In this document: positions 46,984-57,238 of the stretch, one piece after another
Layout: each line of letters opens with the position of its first letter
How positions within the stretch are numbered: position 1 is the first letter of the stretch
From: Terriglobia bacterium
GTDB taxonomy: Bacteria; Acidobacteriota; Terriglobia; Terriglobales; Acidobacteriaceae
Direction of reading: 5' to 3'
NCBI GenBank assembly: GCA_963786325.1
Contig: CAWAYW010000019.1
Location: 1,027-65,026 of the forward strand
DNA: 64,000 bases
Program-made: the position numbers and the translations under genes
The notes under the pieces: generated by a model
Databases searched by the model: none
Seen by the model: only the letters and a program-made list of their open reading frames with translations
Told to the model about the DNA's origin: nothing

Positions 46984-48777
46984 TTGTCCTCGTCACGCCG
47001 TACGTTTCTTCAGTTAGTGGGCAAGTCCGCAGCCGGGTTATCTCTGCAGAGCATTCTCGCACTGGCCCAGCCGCCTCATGCCTTTCCAGCAACCGGCGAC
47101 ACGGCCGCCCCCAGCGGCAATCTAGGGGTAAGTTTCGCCAACATTGCGCTCGCGTCTGGCCTTAACGTAAAAACTATCTACGGCGGCGAACATAAGAACA
47201 AGTATTTGCTGGAGACGACCGGCTGTGGCGTGGCTTTTTACGACTACGACAACGATGGCTGGCTGGACATTTTCCTGGTGAACGGGTCGCGTCTCGAAGG
47301 CTTCGCTGCCGGTCAGGAGCCAACCTCTCACCTGTTTAAGAATAACCGCGACGGCAGTTTTACGGATGTCACCGCGAAAGCGGGCTTGATTCATTCGGGT
47401 TGGGGGCAAGGCGTCTGCATCGGCGACTATGACAACGACGGGTTCGAAGATCTGTTCGTTACCTACTTCGGCAAGAATGTTCTCTATCATAACAATGGCG
47501 ACGGCACCTTCACTGATGTCAGCGAGAAAGCGGGTGTCAGCGGAAGTGGCAAGCGTTGGAATACCGGCTGCGCATTCGTGGACTACGATCGCGATGGAAA
47601 GCTCGACTTGTTCGTGGCGAACTATATTGATCTGGATTTGGCGACAGCTCCGGTACCGGAATCAGGCCCATGCCTTTACAAGAGTGTGATGGTGGCCTGC
47701 GGGCCACCGGGGCTTAAGGGTGGAAAGAACATTCTTTATCACAATAACGGCGATGGGACATTCACCGATGTTTCCGAGGCGTCAGGAATTTTGCAGGCCA
47801 ATGGAACGTTCGGTCTTGGAGTGCTCACCGCGGATTTCGACAACGATGGCTGGCCCGATATCTACGTTGCGAACGACTCCACCGCCAGCGCGCTTTATCA
47901 GAACAAGAAGAACGGAAAGTTTGTGGACATCGCACTGGAAGCCGGATGCGCGCTTAGTCCCGATGGCAAACCGCAAGCCGGAATGGGTGTCTCCGCCGCC
48001 GACTACGATATGGATGGCTATCTTGATATCGTAAAGACCAATTTTGCCGGGGACACGCCTTCGCTTTACCACAATCTGGGCGACGGAGGTTTTGAAGACA
48101 CAACTTTCACCGCCGGCCTTGGCGCGCACACCCAATATCTGGGATGGGGTTGCGGCTTTTTCGACATGGATAATGATGGCTGGCCGGACATTCTCATCTG
48201 CAATGGCCACGTCTATCCGGAGGTCGAACAGCTCAAGACCGAAGCTGGCTATCCACAACGGAAGTTGCTCTACCGGAATCTTCGCAACGGCCGATTCGAG
48301 GACGTTTCCATGCAAGCGGGGTCGGGTATCTCAACGCCGGTTGCGTCGCGAGGATGTGCATTCGGCGACTTTGATAATGATGGCGATATCGACATGGTCG
48401 TGAATACCGTCAATGACTTTCCTCAGCTTCTGCGTTGCGATCAGGTGGCGGGCAACAATTGGATTAAACTCAGGACCATCGGCACGAAATCGAATCGCAG
48501 CGGTATTGGGGCGCGTCTGCGCTGCGTGACACAAGTTGCGGGAGAAACCAAACCTCACCAACAGATCGACGAGGTGCGCAGTGGAGGCAGCTATTTCTCG
48601 CAAAATGATCTGAGAATTCATTTTGGTCTAGGGAAAGCGGAGAAAGTGCAATTGCTGGAAATTCGCTGGCCGAGCGGGCAGGTGGACACGTTAAAAGATG
48701 TCAAACCCAATCAATTGATTTTCGTTAAGGAAGGCGAAGGAATCGTCCGAACCATCCAATTCACGGATAGACGTTAG
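46984..48777 (+). CDS. CRTAC1/ASPIC-UnbV family protein with FG-GAP/VCBS repeats and a Tat signal
   Basis: The tracked ORF starts at TTG 46909. An internal TTG at 46984 would give MSSSRRTFLQLVG, a twin-arginine signal. FDYDNDGWLDIF-type motifs recur, and the C-terminus is NRSGIGARL...VRSGGSYFSQNDLRIHFGLG. Confidence 0.8.
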   Translation: MSSSRRTFLQLVGKSAAGLSLQSILALAQPPHAFPATGDTAAPSGNLGVSFANIALASGLNVKTIYGGEHKNKYLLETTGCGVAFYDYDNDGWLDIFLVNGSRLEGFAAGQEPTSHLFKNNRDGSFTDVTAKAGLIHSGWGQGVCIGDYDNDGFEDLFVTYFGKNVLYHNNGDGTFTDVSEKAGVSGSGKRWNTGCAFVDYDRDGKLDLFVANYIDLDLATAPVPESGPCLYKSVMVACGPPGLKGGKNILYHNNGDGTFTDVSEASGILQANGTFGLGVLTADFDNDGWPDIYVANDSTASALYQNKKNGKFVDIALEAGCALSPDGKPQAGMGVSAADYDMDGYLDIVKTNFAGDTPSLYHNLGDGGFEDTTFTAGLGAHTQYLGWGCGFFDMDNDGWPDILICNGHVYPEVEQLKTEAGYPQRKLLYRNLRNGRFEDVSMQAGSGISTPVASRGCAFGDFDNDGDIDMVVNTVNDFPQLLRCDQVAGNNWIKLRTIGTKSNRSGIGARLRCVTQVAGETKPHQQIDEVRSGGSYFSQNDLRIHFGLGKAEKVQLLEIRWPSGQVDTLKDVKPNQLIFVKEGEGIVRTIQFTDRR

Positions 48778-48858
48778 TCGATGTGATATGTAGAGTGCTC
48801 CGAATTCAAGCGGACCACGGCGAACCAACGATTTAAGACCAGGACCAACGCCGGCTTC

Positions 48859-51087
48859 TCAAAAATTCTCGATCATCCAGACGTTGGAGTTGCCGCTCGC
48901 CTGCCACAAAGCGAGATAACGCCCGTCCGGAGAAGGAATAGCCCAGCCCACGACCATCTTGGTCTGTTCCCAGAGCGGACGCGCTCTCCCGGTTAGGTCA
49001 ACGCTTAACAACGCATTCGTACCGGTGCTCGTCGCAGTGCTCACCAGAAGGCTCTTGCCATCAGCTGCCCAGTCAACCGAGGAAACCGTGGGCCATTCTT
49101 TCAAGCTGATAGTCCGGTCTGTGTGGCCGGCCAGCGACAGCAGACGAATATCCGGTTTTGCTAACAGGTCCATCTTCTGCGACTTGGCAACCGCCAGTGT
49201 TAAACCGTCGGGGGAAAGACTCCAGTTGTATGCGTACGGAATGTCATCATCCACGTGCGCCACTTCCTGCCCCTCGCCTCGCATGGGATCGAAGCTGAAA
49301 AATATCAGCCGCTTTTCGACGACCTGGCTGTACAAACAGAGTGTCGAAGGCAGGCGTGCACATTGCAGATTGGTGAAACCTCGCCCTTCGAGAACAAGTG
49401 CAGGAGGACCCCCGGAGAGCGAAAGACGGAACAGGCGCACCACCTGCGCCTGCTCGAATCCAGGCCAATATTGCAGATACACAATATCTTTTCCATCCGG
49501 TGTCAGTCGCGGCAACATCGACTGTTCTTTGCCGCCAACCAGTAGCTCCGGGGTAATTTGATCAGGGGCCTGTTTAAAGATGTGGAACGAACCGTCGCGG
49601 TCAGACCCAAAGAGCACCTGCTTGCTGTCAGGTGTCCAAGCCCATGGAAGATCCTGTCTTTCGTCCAGAGTCATAAGCCGCGGCGTTTGCAGTTTGGTGC
49701 CATTCGCATCAAACCGGGCAACATACACGTCCTGTTGCAAACTCTGTTTCACGTAGGCCAGCCGTTTGCCGTCGGCCGCGCCACTTAAAGATTGGACTTG
49801 CCCGGGGCCCGAGGTCAGTCGCGTACCCGCACCGAAGGGCTTTCGTGTCCGTGGATCAATTTTGACGGCCCAAACATTGGAATCGTCCTGACTCGGCGGA
49901 GGTTCGTCCAATACGTAGATAATCTGGCCGTTGGCCCATGCCATGGCGCCTCCTAAGCGCGCATGGGACAAGACCACCGTGCGTTCGTTCGTCCTGAGGT
50001 CCAGAATCTCGATCTGCGGTACCACGCCATACTCTCCCGGGTGGTACACGCCTCGCAAAAACCCGATTTCTTTCCCGTCTGCCGACCATACGGGGGATCG
50101 GAAAAGATCACCTATTTCGCCCGCGATTTTTCGCGATTGTTGTCCATCCGCGCTCATCAGCCAGACTTCCTGACTATTGATACCGCCCTTCAGAAAGGCG
50201 ATCTGGGAGCCATCGGGCGAAACTGCCGCCTCTCGCCCTTCCTCGCTGAGTTTGCGCGGATTTCCGCCAATGGTGGAGAGTCTCCACAGGGCAGGGCGGT
50301 TGGACGCCCCTGCAACTGAGGTCGCTACAACGTGCGTTCCGTCCGGAAACCAACATACAGGCTTCGCTTTGAATCCCGCTGGCAAGACAAACGCGTGCGT
50401 CTCACCGGTATCGACTTGGCGCACGTAGGTACCGGTGTCATCGGAAAATGCCAGGTATTTCCCATCCAGTGACAAAGCAGCACTGCTGACTGGGTCCTCG
50501 CTGGGGTTTGCGGTCAAACGGCGCTCGGCGAGCGGTGGCGACGTAATCGTTGGAACGAACGCGCGGCGACCCAGGAACACTCCCACACCTAAGCCGAACA
50601 GCACTAATACGGCAGCGGCAGAAGCAAGCCATCCTTTACGCGTGTGATCGCTTAACCCAGTTGCAACCCCAGGAAGGACAGCAGGTGCCGTCCAGTTCAC
50701 CGGAGCCAGGAACCGGTATCCCCGGCGGGCGACCGTCTCTACGAAACGCGGATTCTCTGCCGAATCTCCCAACGCGTCTCGGAGCCGGCGGACAGCAGCG
50801 TTCAAGCTGTGGTCGAAGTCCACGAATGTATCAGCCGGCCATAAACGAGTTCGCAGTTCTTCGCGAGTTATAACTTTACCCGGCCGATCGAGCAACATGG
50901 CGAGGATTTGAAAGGGCTGATCCTGGAGCCTGACCTTTGCCCCGCTGCGGCGCAGTTCCCCAGTCCGCAGATCGGCCTCGAAGATGCCGAACTGGATCAC
51001 CTGCGTCCCGTTACCGCTCACAACCACCGTATTCGCCTCATCGAACCCGTGAAGTTTAGCAGAACTAGCGTTTTTCAGGCTCGTCAC
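48859..51087 (-). CDS. CadC/OmpR-like winged-helix transcriptional regulator fused to TM segment and PD40/WD40-like beta-propeller
   Basis: 742 aa with a Trans_reg_C signature (ITREELRTRLWPADTFVDFDHSLNAAVRRLRDAL...RGYRF). One TM segment follows, then repeated PDG/SPDG propeller motifs. Confidence 0.8.
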   Translation of the reverse strand: MTSLKNASSAKLHGFDEANTVVVSGNGTQVIQFGIFEADLRTGELRRSGAKVRLQDQPFQILAMLLDRPGKVITREELRTRLWPADTFVDFDHSLNAAVRRLRDALGDSAENPRFVETVARRGYRFLAPVNWTAPAVLPGVATGLSDHTRKGWLASAAAVLVLFGLGVGVFLGRRAFVPTITSPPLAERRLTANPSEDPVSSAALSLDGKYLAFSDDTGTYVRQVDTGETHAFVLPAGFKAKPVCWFPDGTHVVATSVAGASNRPALWRLSTIGGNPRKLSEEGREAAVSPDGSQIAFLKGGINSQEVWLMSADGQQSRKIAGEIGDLFRSPVWSADGKEIGFLRGVYHPGEYGVVPQIEILDLRTNERTVVLSHARLGGAMAWANGQIIYVLDEPPPSQDDSNVWAVKIDPRTRKPFGAGTRLTSGPGQVQSLSGAADGKRLAYVKQSLQQDVYVARFDANGTKLQTPRLMTLDERQDLPWAWTPDSKQVLFGSDRDGSFHIFKQAPDQITPELLVGGKEQSMLPRLTPDGKDIVYLQYWPGFEQAQVVRLFRLSLSGGPPALVLEGRGFTNLQCARLPSTLCLYSQVVEKRLIFFSFDPMRGEGQEVAHVDDDIPYAYNWSLSPDGLTLAVAKSQKMDLLAKPDIRLLSLAGHTDRTISLKEWPTVSSVDWAADGKSLLVSTATSTGTNALLSVDLTGRARPLWEQTKMVVGWAIPSPDGRYLALWQASGNSNVWMIENF

Positions 51088-51214
51088 CTCGACTCCTAAA
51101 CATTTGACGTAAAAGCGCTTAACCCGTTACCGAGAGATGTTTTGTGGGTTACCGGCAAAGCCTTGAGGCACCCATCGCGCAAACCGAATATCAGCGCGAT
51201 GGAGGTCTCGTCCC

Positions 51215-51874
51215 GTGCCTCAACTTTCAAAAACATGGTTGCTATTAAGTACGTTCCTGACGACCCTGGTGTTCCCAACGTGGGCGCGAACCAATCATCG
51301 TGAATATTCACAGCTTGTTGTCTCTGTTTACGACAGCGTGGATATCCCGAGGCCGTCTCTGGATCAAGCCGAACACGAAGCGGCAAGGATATTCAAGCCT
51401 GCGGGAGTGAAGGTTTTATGGATAAACTGTCCGACCTCTGCAACCAATGACCCACCTGTCATGACGCCACCGGACTGCGGTCTGGTGGATTGGCCCAACC
51501 ACCTTTCCTTACGTGTCGTGCCCCGTTCCCAGCGGTTTCCGAATGAAGTCTTTGGTGTGGCCTTCTTGTCCGACGAGGGCGTGGGATGCTACAGCGACGT
51601 CTTTTACGATCTTGCCACCGGTCTCCATGCTGAATCGAACGTGGGGGTGGCCAACATCTTGGGAAACGTGATGGCTCACGAACTCGGACACCTTCTTCTG
51701 GGCTCAAACTCGCATGCATTGTCGGGGATTATGAAAGCACGGTGGGAAAATGAAGAATTGGAACGCATAGCAAAAGGGGGCTTGTTTTTCACGCTCGAAC
51801 AGGCGGAACTCATTCGCGAGAGACTTGTTGCGTCGGAACCGCCAATGGCTGTTAGCGCGCTGGCAAGCTATTGA
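51215..51874 (+). CDS. Putative secreted zinc metalloprotease-like protein (HEXXH)
   Basis: 219 aa with a signal peptide and VMAHELGHLLLGSNSH. No further family assignment is possible by eye. Confidence 0.5.
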   Translation: MPQLSKTWLLLSTFLTTLVFPTWARTNHREYSQLVVSVYDSVDIPRPSLDQAEHEAARIFKPAGVKVLWINCPTSATNDPPVMTPPDCGLVDWPNHLSLRVVPRSQRFPNEVFGVAFLSDEGVGCYSDVFYDLATGLHAESNVGVANILGNVMAHELGHLLLGSNSHALSGIMKARWENEELERIAKGGLFFTLEQAELIRERLVASEPPMAVSALASY

Positions 51875-51890
51875 AGTTCAATGAGGTAAA

Positions 51891-53642
51891 TCAAGAGGCT
51901 GGAGCTTTCATCGCGATTCCGGATCCCTCCCTGAGCGTTTTGATCGCATCGACCGGAACGTTCGGGAACTGCTCGCTAAGACCGCTGGGCCAGCGAATTT
52001 GCACCCATTCGACTTTACTGACAGCTCCTAGCCCGAAATGGACACGCATGTCGTTATTCGAATCGTAACTGGAACCACTCCGCACTTCGTCCACCAGAAC
52101 CCGGGTACCCGCTTTCACCCAGATCCGGGCTCCGATACCATCGCGGTTGGATTTCGTTCCTAACGTTTTCAGCCCCAACCAGTGATTCGTCGACCGCACC
52201 TGATTCACCAGCAGACTGGGATTCGCATTCATATTCGTGATCACGGCCGAAGTGCGGCCATCGTTCCAAAGATCACCGATAGCGAGGCCCCGACCAGCGT
52301 GAACCGCCGTGATGCCTGAGCCGGCTTGCGCGGAAATATCGCTGAAAGTCTTGTTGCCGTTATTGTGATAAAGAATCCGGGGCTCTTCGTAGCTGCTGCC
52401 GAGATTCTGTTTATCGACCTCGGGATATACGTGGCCGTTTACGAGCAACAAATCGGGCCAACCGTCATTGTCAAAGTCGAGAAACATCGTCCCCCAGCCG
52501 AGATAGCGGGTGTAGAGGCCGAGGCCAGCCGCATACGTCACATCGTCGAAAGTGCCGTTGCCGTTATTGCGATATAGGGTTGAGGTGTCGTCGGAGAAAT
52601 TCGTTTTGAAAATGTCCAGCCTGCCGTCACCGTCGAAATCGCCAATGGTCGATCCCATCCCGGCTTGCTCCCGTCCATCTTCGTTGAAAGCCGCGCCGGC
52701 GATCACCGCGCGGTCGGTGAAGGTTCCGTCGCGATTGTTGTGATAAAGGATGCTCGGCGTGCTGTCACACGCGACATAAATATCAGGCCACCCATCGTCG
52801 TCGTAATCCAGCGTGGAAACGCTGAAGGCATACTGACCGCTGGTCTGATCGATTTTTGCCTTGGCCGTGACGTCCTCGAACTTGCCGTTTCCTAAATTGT
52901 GATAAAGGATGTTCTTGGCACCTGGCAAACCGCGCGGTCCGCACATCACCGGCACGCCCTTCCAGACACACGAGGCCCGCTCTCCCGGTGCGGGGGCGGT
53001 AGAGACATCGAAGTCGACGTAGTTGGCAACCATCAGATCCAGAAGACCGTCACGGTCGTAGTCCACGAAAGCACAGCCTGTTCCCCATGCCTTACCGGTA
53101 CCGGCAACTCCCGCGTCTTCTGTTACTTCGGTAAACACGCCTCCCTGGTTGTGATAGAGACGGTTCTTGCCGTAATAGGTGACGTAAAGATCTTCCCATC
53201 CATCGTTGTCGTAGTCGCCTACGCAGACGCCCTGACCCCAACCAGTGGCGGTCAATCCGGCTTTCGCGGTGACATCGGAAAATGTTCCATCATGATTATT
53301 GCGATACAGATGATTGGTGGGAGCCTTGCCCTTGGGAAATCCGTCCAGGGTCGTTCCATTGACCAGGAAGATGTCGGGCCAACCGTCGTTATCGTAATCA
53401 AAAATGGCGACTCCGGTGCCAGTCGTCTCAATGATGTATTTCTTGCTGTCCTTGCCGCCGAAGACTGTGGCCATCGTGAGGCCGGATTTTTCGGCAACAT
53501 CGACAAAATTGGCGACCGGCGGATTTTTGGCGGTCTGCTGATCTTGAGCTACAGCAAATACGCTTGGGAGAACGAGAAGAAATGTTACGAGGGTCAATTG
53601 ACCGGCATGCCCGCGAGACAGCGGCGAAAAAGCTTGATTCAT
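51891..53642 (-). CDS. CRTAC1/ASPIC-UnbV family protein (paralogue of 46984-48777)
   Basis: 583 aa with a signal peptide. It shares the FG-GAP/VCBS repeat pattern (IFDYDNDGWPDIFLVNG) and the UnbV_ASPIC C-terminus (NRDGIGARIWV...VRSGSSYDSNNDMRVHFGLG). Confidence 0.8.
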   Translation of the reverse strand: MNQAFSPLSRGHAGQLTLVTFLLVLPSVFAVAQDQQTAKNPPVANFVDVAEKSGLTMATVFGGKDSKKYIIETTGTGVAIFDYDNDGWPDIFLVNGTTLDGFPKGKAPTNHLYRNNHDGTFSDVTAKAGLTATGWGQGVCVGDYDNDGWEDLYVTYYGKNRLYHNQGGVFTEVTEDAGVAGTGKAWGTGCAFVDYDRDGLLDLMVANYVDFDVSTAPAPGERASCVWKGVPVMCGPRGLPGAKNILYHNLGNGKFEDVTAKAKIDQTSGQYAFSVSTLDYDDDGWPDIYVACDSTPSILYHNNRDGTFTDRAVIAGAAFNEDGREQAGMGSTIGDFDGDGRLDIFKTNFSDDTSTLYRNNGNGTFDDVTYAAGLGLYTRYLGWGTMFLDFDNDGWPDLLLVNGHVYPEVDKQNLGSSYEEPRILYHNNGNKTFSDISAQAGSGITAVHAGRGLAIGDLWNDGRTSAVITNMNANPSLLVNQVRSTNHWLGLKTLGTKSNRDGIGARIWVKAGTRVLVDEVRSGSSYDSNNDMRVHFGLGAVSKVEWVQIRWPSGLSEQFPNVPVDAIKTLREGSGIAMKAPAS

Positions 53643-54039
53643 GACCCAGCCTGAATCTTAGGGTGCCTGCACCGGAGGGTCAAGAGGTTGTCCTGCTGGA
53701 GTGGTGCCCAAGGTCGTTTCCCTTAGCATAGTAAGATTTCGGTAGCCTAAGACTGATCGGTGAGCTCAGTGACTTCCCTAACTAGCCGGGCGAGTTCCAG
53801 AGGAAGTCATTGCAGGCAAGGAACGGGTAGAAGTACGATGCGGCTGTCGTTGACGACGGCAGCTGAGACCGACCGAGCCAATGGAGCTTCCGAGCCCGGT
53901 AACTAGCCTGGTTCCAAGTCTCGTGCTCAATACAGTGGTGACGTTGGGGACTGGCAGTGTCAGTCAGCAGCGATCCCGATTAAGAGAGTACCCGGTTGCG
54001 CGACTTGGGCCGTCGTCCTCGACTAGGAGGAGGAGATCG

Positions 54040-55407
54040 ATGGCAAGAAAGCACAAGAAAGAGAGCCAGGGCAAGCAAGCGGTTTTGCCGGTGATGCGAG
54101 CGGATGCGGCCGGGATCGATATCGGAGCGACGGAGATCTTCGTGGCCGTTCCTGCGGATCGAGCCCCAGAGAATGTGCGCTCATTTCCGACCTTCACGCA
54201 GGATTTGTACGCCCTGGCGGAATGGTTGAAGCAGTGTGGAGTGAAGACAGTGGCGATGGAGTCAACGGGGGTTTACTGGATTCCTCTATTCCAGATCTTG
54301 GAGGAGCGTAGTTTTGAGGTATATCTGGTGAATGCTCGGCATGTGAAGAATGTGCCCGGGCGGCGGACTGACGTATCGGACTGCCCGTGGCTGCAGTTTT
54401 TGCATTCGGTAGGATTGTTGCGAGCTTCCTATCGACCCGAGCAAGAAGTTTGCGCGGTACGTTCTCTGCTGCGGCATCGGGAAAGCTTGGTGCCGATGGC
54501 GGCTACGCACATAAACCATATGCAAAAGGCGCTGGACCAGATGAACCTGCAACTGCATCACGTCATTAGTGACATCACCGGTCAGACCGGGCTGGCCATC
54601 GTGGATGCCATTCTGGGCGGAGAGCGGAATCCCCAAGTTTTGGCTAAACTGCGGCACGAGCGCATCCAGGCCAGCGAAGAGGTCATCGCCAAGTCGCTGG
54701 TCGGAGACTACCGACCCGAGCACTTATTCACCTTGCGACAGTCGCTCATTGCTTATCGCAGCTATCAGCATCTGATCGAAGATTGTGAGCGTGAGATTCG
54801 CCGTGCCTTAGAACAGTTCCAACCCCCCAGCTCACCTCCGGCGTCGAGCAGCGACCTGGGCGGCGCGGCACCGCCGACCAAGACACGCCCCAGCGACAGC
54901 ATCTTGCGTGCGGAATTGCAGCGCGCCTTTGGTGTCGATCTTACCCAGATCCCGGGAATCCGCACTGGCATCGCACAAACCCTTTTCGGAGAGATCGGCC
55001 CGGATTTCAGCAAGTTCCGCAGTGCTTCCGCGTTTGCGTCCTGGATGGGCCTATGCCCAGACAACGAGATCAGCGGAGGCAGGGTTTTGTGGGTGGGGAC
55101 ACGCAAGGTAAACTGCCGCGCCGCTACCGCCTTGCGCATGGCGGCACAGTCTCTACACCACAGCAAATCCGCGCTCGGCGACTTCTACCGCCGCATGCGA
55201 GCGAAGCTGGGTGCGCCGAAAGCCATCACTGCGGTTGCCCACAAACTGGCCCGCATCATTTTCCACTTGCTGACTACTCACCAAGAATTCGACAACAGTC
55301 ACTTTGCCGCTGATCAACTCCGTTTTCACAAACACCAGGAAGCCAAGCTCCGTGCCAAAGCCCGAGCTCTCGGATTCCAACTTACTCCCTTGGAACGGGC
55401 GGCATGA
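54040..55407 (+). CDS. IS110-family transposase/recombinase (copy 2; unrelated in sequence to copy 1)
   Basis: The tracked ORF starts at 53881. An ATG at 54040 is preceded by AGGAGGAGGAG. It carries AAGIDIGATEIFVAV...VAMESTGVYWIPL (DEDD domain), IPGIRTGIAQTLFGEIG and a C-terminal ...LRAKARALGFQLTPLE. Confidence 0.85.
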   Translation: MARKHKKESQGKQAVLPVMRADAAGIDIGATEIFVAVPADRAPENVRSFPTFTQDLYALAEWLKQCGVKTVAMESTGVYWIPLFQILEERSFEVYLVNARHVKNVPGRRTDVSDCPWLQFLHSVGLLRASYRPEQEVCAVRSLLRHRESLVPMAATHINHMQKALDQMNLQLHHVISDITGQTGLAIVDAILGGERNPQVLAKLRHERIQASEEVIAKSLVGDYRPEHLFTLRQSLIAYRSYQHLIEDCEREIRRALEQFQPPSSPPASSSDLGGAAPPTKTRPSDSILRAELQRAFGVDLTQIPGIRTGIAQTLFGEIGPDFSKFRSASAFASWMGLCPDNEISGGRVLWVGTRKVNCRAATALRMAAQSLHHSKSALGDFYRRMRAKLGAPKAITAVAHKLARIIFHLLTTHQEFDNSHFAADQLRFHKHQEAKLRAKARALGFQLTPLERAA

Positions 55408-57179
55408 AATGGTTCCTTAAGAGTGCCCGGTTGCGCCAGCTCGTCCCCCTGCTCGTTTGTGTGTTGTCGTTTGGCTTTTCGTTGCTGGGCCAGGAGAAAA
55501 AAATTGGGTCGCAGATCGAAACCGTCACTCGACAGGGCGTGGAGGCTGTAAAACGCGGCGACCTCGATCGTGCCCGCACGGCATTTGAACAGCTGGTAAA
55601 GCTCGTTCCCACAAATGCCGAAGGACACAATTTGTTGGGATGGGTATTGTTCTCCCAGGGGCACATGCCCGAGGCCATCTCCCAGCTTCGCTTGGCGCTC
55701 CGCCTGAAACCCAACTTTCCCGCAGCGCATATCAATCTCGCCAACGCATTGGCTCACAACCGGGATTTGCCAAAAGCGGAGTCCGAGGCGCGCGAGGCTA
55801 TCCGCTTGACACCGCGTGATGCGGAGGCGCACCGAACCTTGGGACGCGTAGCCAGCTTTGAAGGCAATCTGACACTGGCCAGCGACGAATTAAAAAAAGC
55901 AGTCGAGTTGGATCCGACGCGCCCCGAGTTGCACGACGAGCTAGGTGCGGTTCTCGCACAGGCCTCTCATCTGGATGAAGCCGCAGCGCAATTTACCGAA
56001 GCGCTGCGCCTGCAGCCCGATTATCCGCAAGCTGCTTTGCACCTCGGTGTCGTCCACTGGCGACAGAAAAGGATGGATCTAGCTCTGAGTTTGCTGCAAA
56101 AGACCGTTCAACTTTCTCCGCAAAGCCCTCAGGCTCATTACTATTTGGGACGTGTACTTGAAGACACCGGCCAGCGGCCTCGCGCCGTCGAGGAGTTGCA
56201 AACGGCAGTGAAGTTGGAACCGAGTCTAGCCGAGGCTCAAACCCAGCTTGGCCTCCTCCTGCAGCGGGCGGGCGATCCGCAGGCTGCGGTCGATGTATTT
56301 CGAGCAGTGGTGGAACTCCAGCCCACCGATCCTGACGCGCAAAATAATCTTGGACTGGCGCTGATCCAGGTGGGCGATGCCACCGGCGCCGTTTCAGCCT
56401 TCGAGTCGGCATTGCGTTTGCGACCCGATGATGCCGGCTACCGCACTAATCTGGGCACGGCATACTTGCAGACGAGCGATTTCGACAACGCGACCACCCA
56501 GTTTGAAGCCGCTCTCAAGACTGCGCCCGACGATGCGACGTTGCATTATGACCTGGGTTTGGCGTTAAAGTTAAAAGATCGGCTGCCCGATGCCATTGCG
56601 GAATTCAAAAAGGCTGCGACGCTCGATCCCAATCAGGCTGACATCCAATACACACTAGGGGTGACGTACTGGCAACAGGGCGATTTCGACAACGCGACCC
56701 AGGCTCTCCGAGCGGCGATTCAAGCCAAACCCGACTATGCTGAGGCTCACTACACTCTGGGTACGGTGTTAAAGCAACAAGGCGAGTTGAAGGAAGCGGC
56801 AGATTCCCTTCGCGAGGCGATTCGACTGCAGCCCGACTTTGCGGGAGCACATACCACCCTGGCAACCATCTTACGTCAACAAGGCGATACCGAAGGAGCG
56901 GTGCGCGAGAACCGTCTGGGCGTACAGATCAGCAAAGACAAGAACAGCCTGCAGGCGGCAACCTTTGATACCAACTCCGGACTAAGATTATTAAAGGTAG
57001 GAGATCTGGAGGGAGCGATTTCCCAGTTCCGAGCCGCCATCGCCGTTACACCTAATTATGCTCCCGCTCATTTTCACCTCGCAGAAGCGTTACAACGGAA
57101 AGGCGAGAAGACGGAAGCGGGACAAGAATTTCAACGCGCGACGGAACTCGATCCCCAAATGAAGTCGCGAATACCCTGA
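55404..57179 (+). CDS. TPR repeat protein with signal peptide
   Basis: 591 aa with ~14 consecutive 34-residue TPR units (e.g. AEAHYTLGTVLKQQGELKEAADSLREAIRLQPDF). Its ATG overlaps the IS110 stop (ATGA). Confidence 0.8.
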   Translation: MKWFLKSARLRQLVPLLVCVLSFGFSLLGQEKKIGSQIETVTRQGVEAVKRGDLDRARTAFEQLVKLVPTNAEGHNLLGWVLFSQGHMPEAISQLRLALRLKPNFPAAHINLANALAHNRDLPKAESEAREAIRLTPRDAEAHRTLGRVASFEGNLTLASDELKKAVELDPTRPELHDELGAVLAQASHLDEAAAQFTEALRLQPDYPQAALHLGVVHWRQKRMDLALSLLQKTVQLSPQSPQAHYYLGRVLEDTGQRPRAVEELQTAVKLEPSLAEAQTQLGLLLQRAGDPQAAVDVFRAVVELQPTDPDAQNNLGLALIQVGDATGAVSAFESALRLRPDDAGYRTNLGTAYLQTSDFDNATTQFEAALKTAPDDATLHYDLGLALKLKDRLPDAIAEFKKAATLDPNQADIQYTLGVTYWQQGDFDNATQALRAAIQAKPDYAEAHYTLGTVLKQQGELKEAADSLREAIRLQPDFAGAHTTLATILRQQGDTEGAVRENRLGVQISKDKNSLQAATFDTNSGLRLLKVGDLEGAISQFRAAIAVTPNYAPAHFHLAEALQRKGEKTEAGQEFQRATELDPQMKSRIP

Positions 57180-57238
57180 GGCGGCAGAGGGAGGCAAAAT
57201 GTCGCTCTTTCGGGATTCCGCACCAGACTGACCGGGCT

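Noticed and set aside
52899-53654. 251-aa plus-strand ORF, plus similar ORFs at 47782-48315, 47122-47490 and 52326-52895
   Set aside because: These are antisense to the two CRTAC1/ASPIC genes. The repetitive FG-GAP codons (GAT/GAC/GGC) give long open antisense frames, and none has a recognisable motif.
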